Origin: Bacteroidales bacterium
GTDB lineage: Bacteria > Bacteroidota > Bacteroidia > Bacteroidales > UBA932
Assembly (NCBI GenBank): GCA_017544005.1
Contig: JAFYEZ010000043.1
Location: 505-64,504 of the forward strand
DNA length: 64,000 nucleotides
Reading direction: 5' to 3'
This document shows, piece by piece, positions 63,532-64,000 of this stretch. Within the stretch, counting starts at the first letter, position 1. The number at the start of each line of letters is the position of its first letter. A model generated the notes under the pieces. The model searched no databases, was not told the DNA's origin, and saw nothing but the letters and a program-made list of their open reading frames with translations. A program made the position numbers and the translations under genes.

Positions 63532-64000
63532 TTAGAGTTTGCGCTTGACCTCGACGATCTCGAATGCCTCGATCACATCGCCGACCTGAACGTCGTTGTA
63601 ACTTTCAATATTCAGGCCACAGTCGAATCCGGCAGCCACCTCCTTGACGTCGTCCTTGAATCGCTTGAGCGAACCCAGGGTGCCGGTGTGGATGACGATA
63701 CCGTCGCGGATGACGCGCACCATGGCGCTGCGGGTCAGCTTGCCCTCCTTGACCATACAGCCGGCAATCGTACCGACCTTGGAGATCTTGAAGGTCTCGC
63801 GCACCTCGGCGGTCGCGGTGATTTCCTCTTTCTGCTCGGGAGCAAGCATGCCCTCGATACCGCTCTTGACCTCCTCGATGGCGTCGTAGATGACGGAGTA
63901 GAGGCGGATTTCGATGGATTCCTTCTCGGCCAGCTTGCGGGCACCCGGCATCGGACGGACCTGGAAACCGATGATGATGGCATTGGAGGCCACGGCGAGC
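63532..64000 (-). CDS. infB: Translation initiation factor IF-2 (C-terminal part; the 5' end lies beyond the window)
   Basis: It has [24 protein letters not shown] and [16 protein letters not shown], ending EIVEVKRKL. Confidence 0.93.
   Translation of the reverse strand, partial: LAVASNAIIIGFQVRPMPGARKLAEKESIEIRLYSVIYDAIEEVKSGIEGMLAPEQKEEITATAEVRETFKISKVGTIAGCMVKEGKLTRSAMVRVIRDGIVIHTGTLGSLKRFKDDVKEVAAGFDCGLNIESYNDVQVGDVIEAFEIVEVKRKL

Noticed and set aside
1-64000. A search for CRISPR arrays, IS elements or transposases, integrases, phage or conjugation genes, toxin-antitoxin pairs and known defence-system signatures.
   Set aside because: I saw no spaced direct-repeat arrays, terminal inverted repeats with transposase ORFs, recombinase motifs or defence-type domains. 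The window reads as conserved core genome.

Overview
This is a GC-rich, gene-dense, mostly housekeeping chromosome segment. I call 66 protein genes, one nonsense-interrupted gene (upp), one orphan coding fragment and 4 tRNAs. There are no rRNA genes, CRISPR arrays, IS elements, transposases, integrases or phage genes. The phylum signal is Bacteroidota: TAnnTTTG -7 promoter boxes sit in front of most operons, lipoprotein signal peptides are common, and there is no Shine-Dalgarno usage. The high GC suggests an Alistipes/Rikenellaceae-like Bacteroidales, but that is inference only. The content includes the queFCDE preQ1 operon, dnaG, metG, cysS, miaB, rpoN, dxr-rseP, murF, the ribosomal protein genes S20, S16, L9, S18, S6 and L25, holA, cca, folP, tmk and infB. 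There is a conspicuous set of peptidases (M3, M20, M49, M64, S41, C11, M23) and a POT peptide transporter. I found no convincing novel multi-gene system. The best leads are these:
- A roughly 330-bp convergent intergenic region (40854-41185) holds a diverged ~72-nt tandem repeat with nested inverted repeats.
- A perfect 33-bp direct repeat brackets an 81-bp triple-hairpin insert between tRNA-Ala and dnaG.
- A GT2 / LAB_N / short GT39 operon looks like an envelope-glycolipid modification module.
- A lipoprotein plus beta-barrel pair of unknown function is co-oriented with cca.
- upp carries a single in-frame TAG.
- A 57-aa histone-H1-like gene is missing from the ORF track.
All family calls rest on motif recognition by eye. 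No database search was run.
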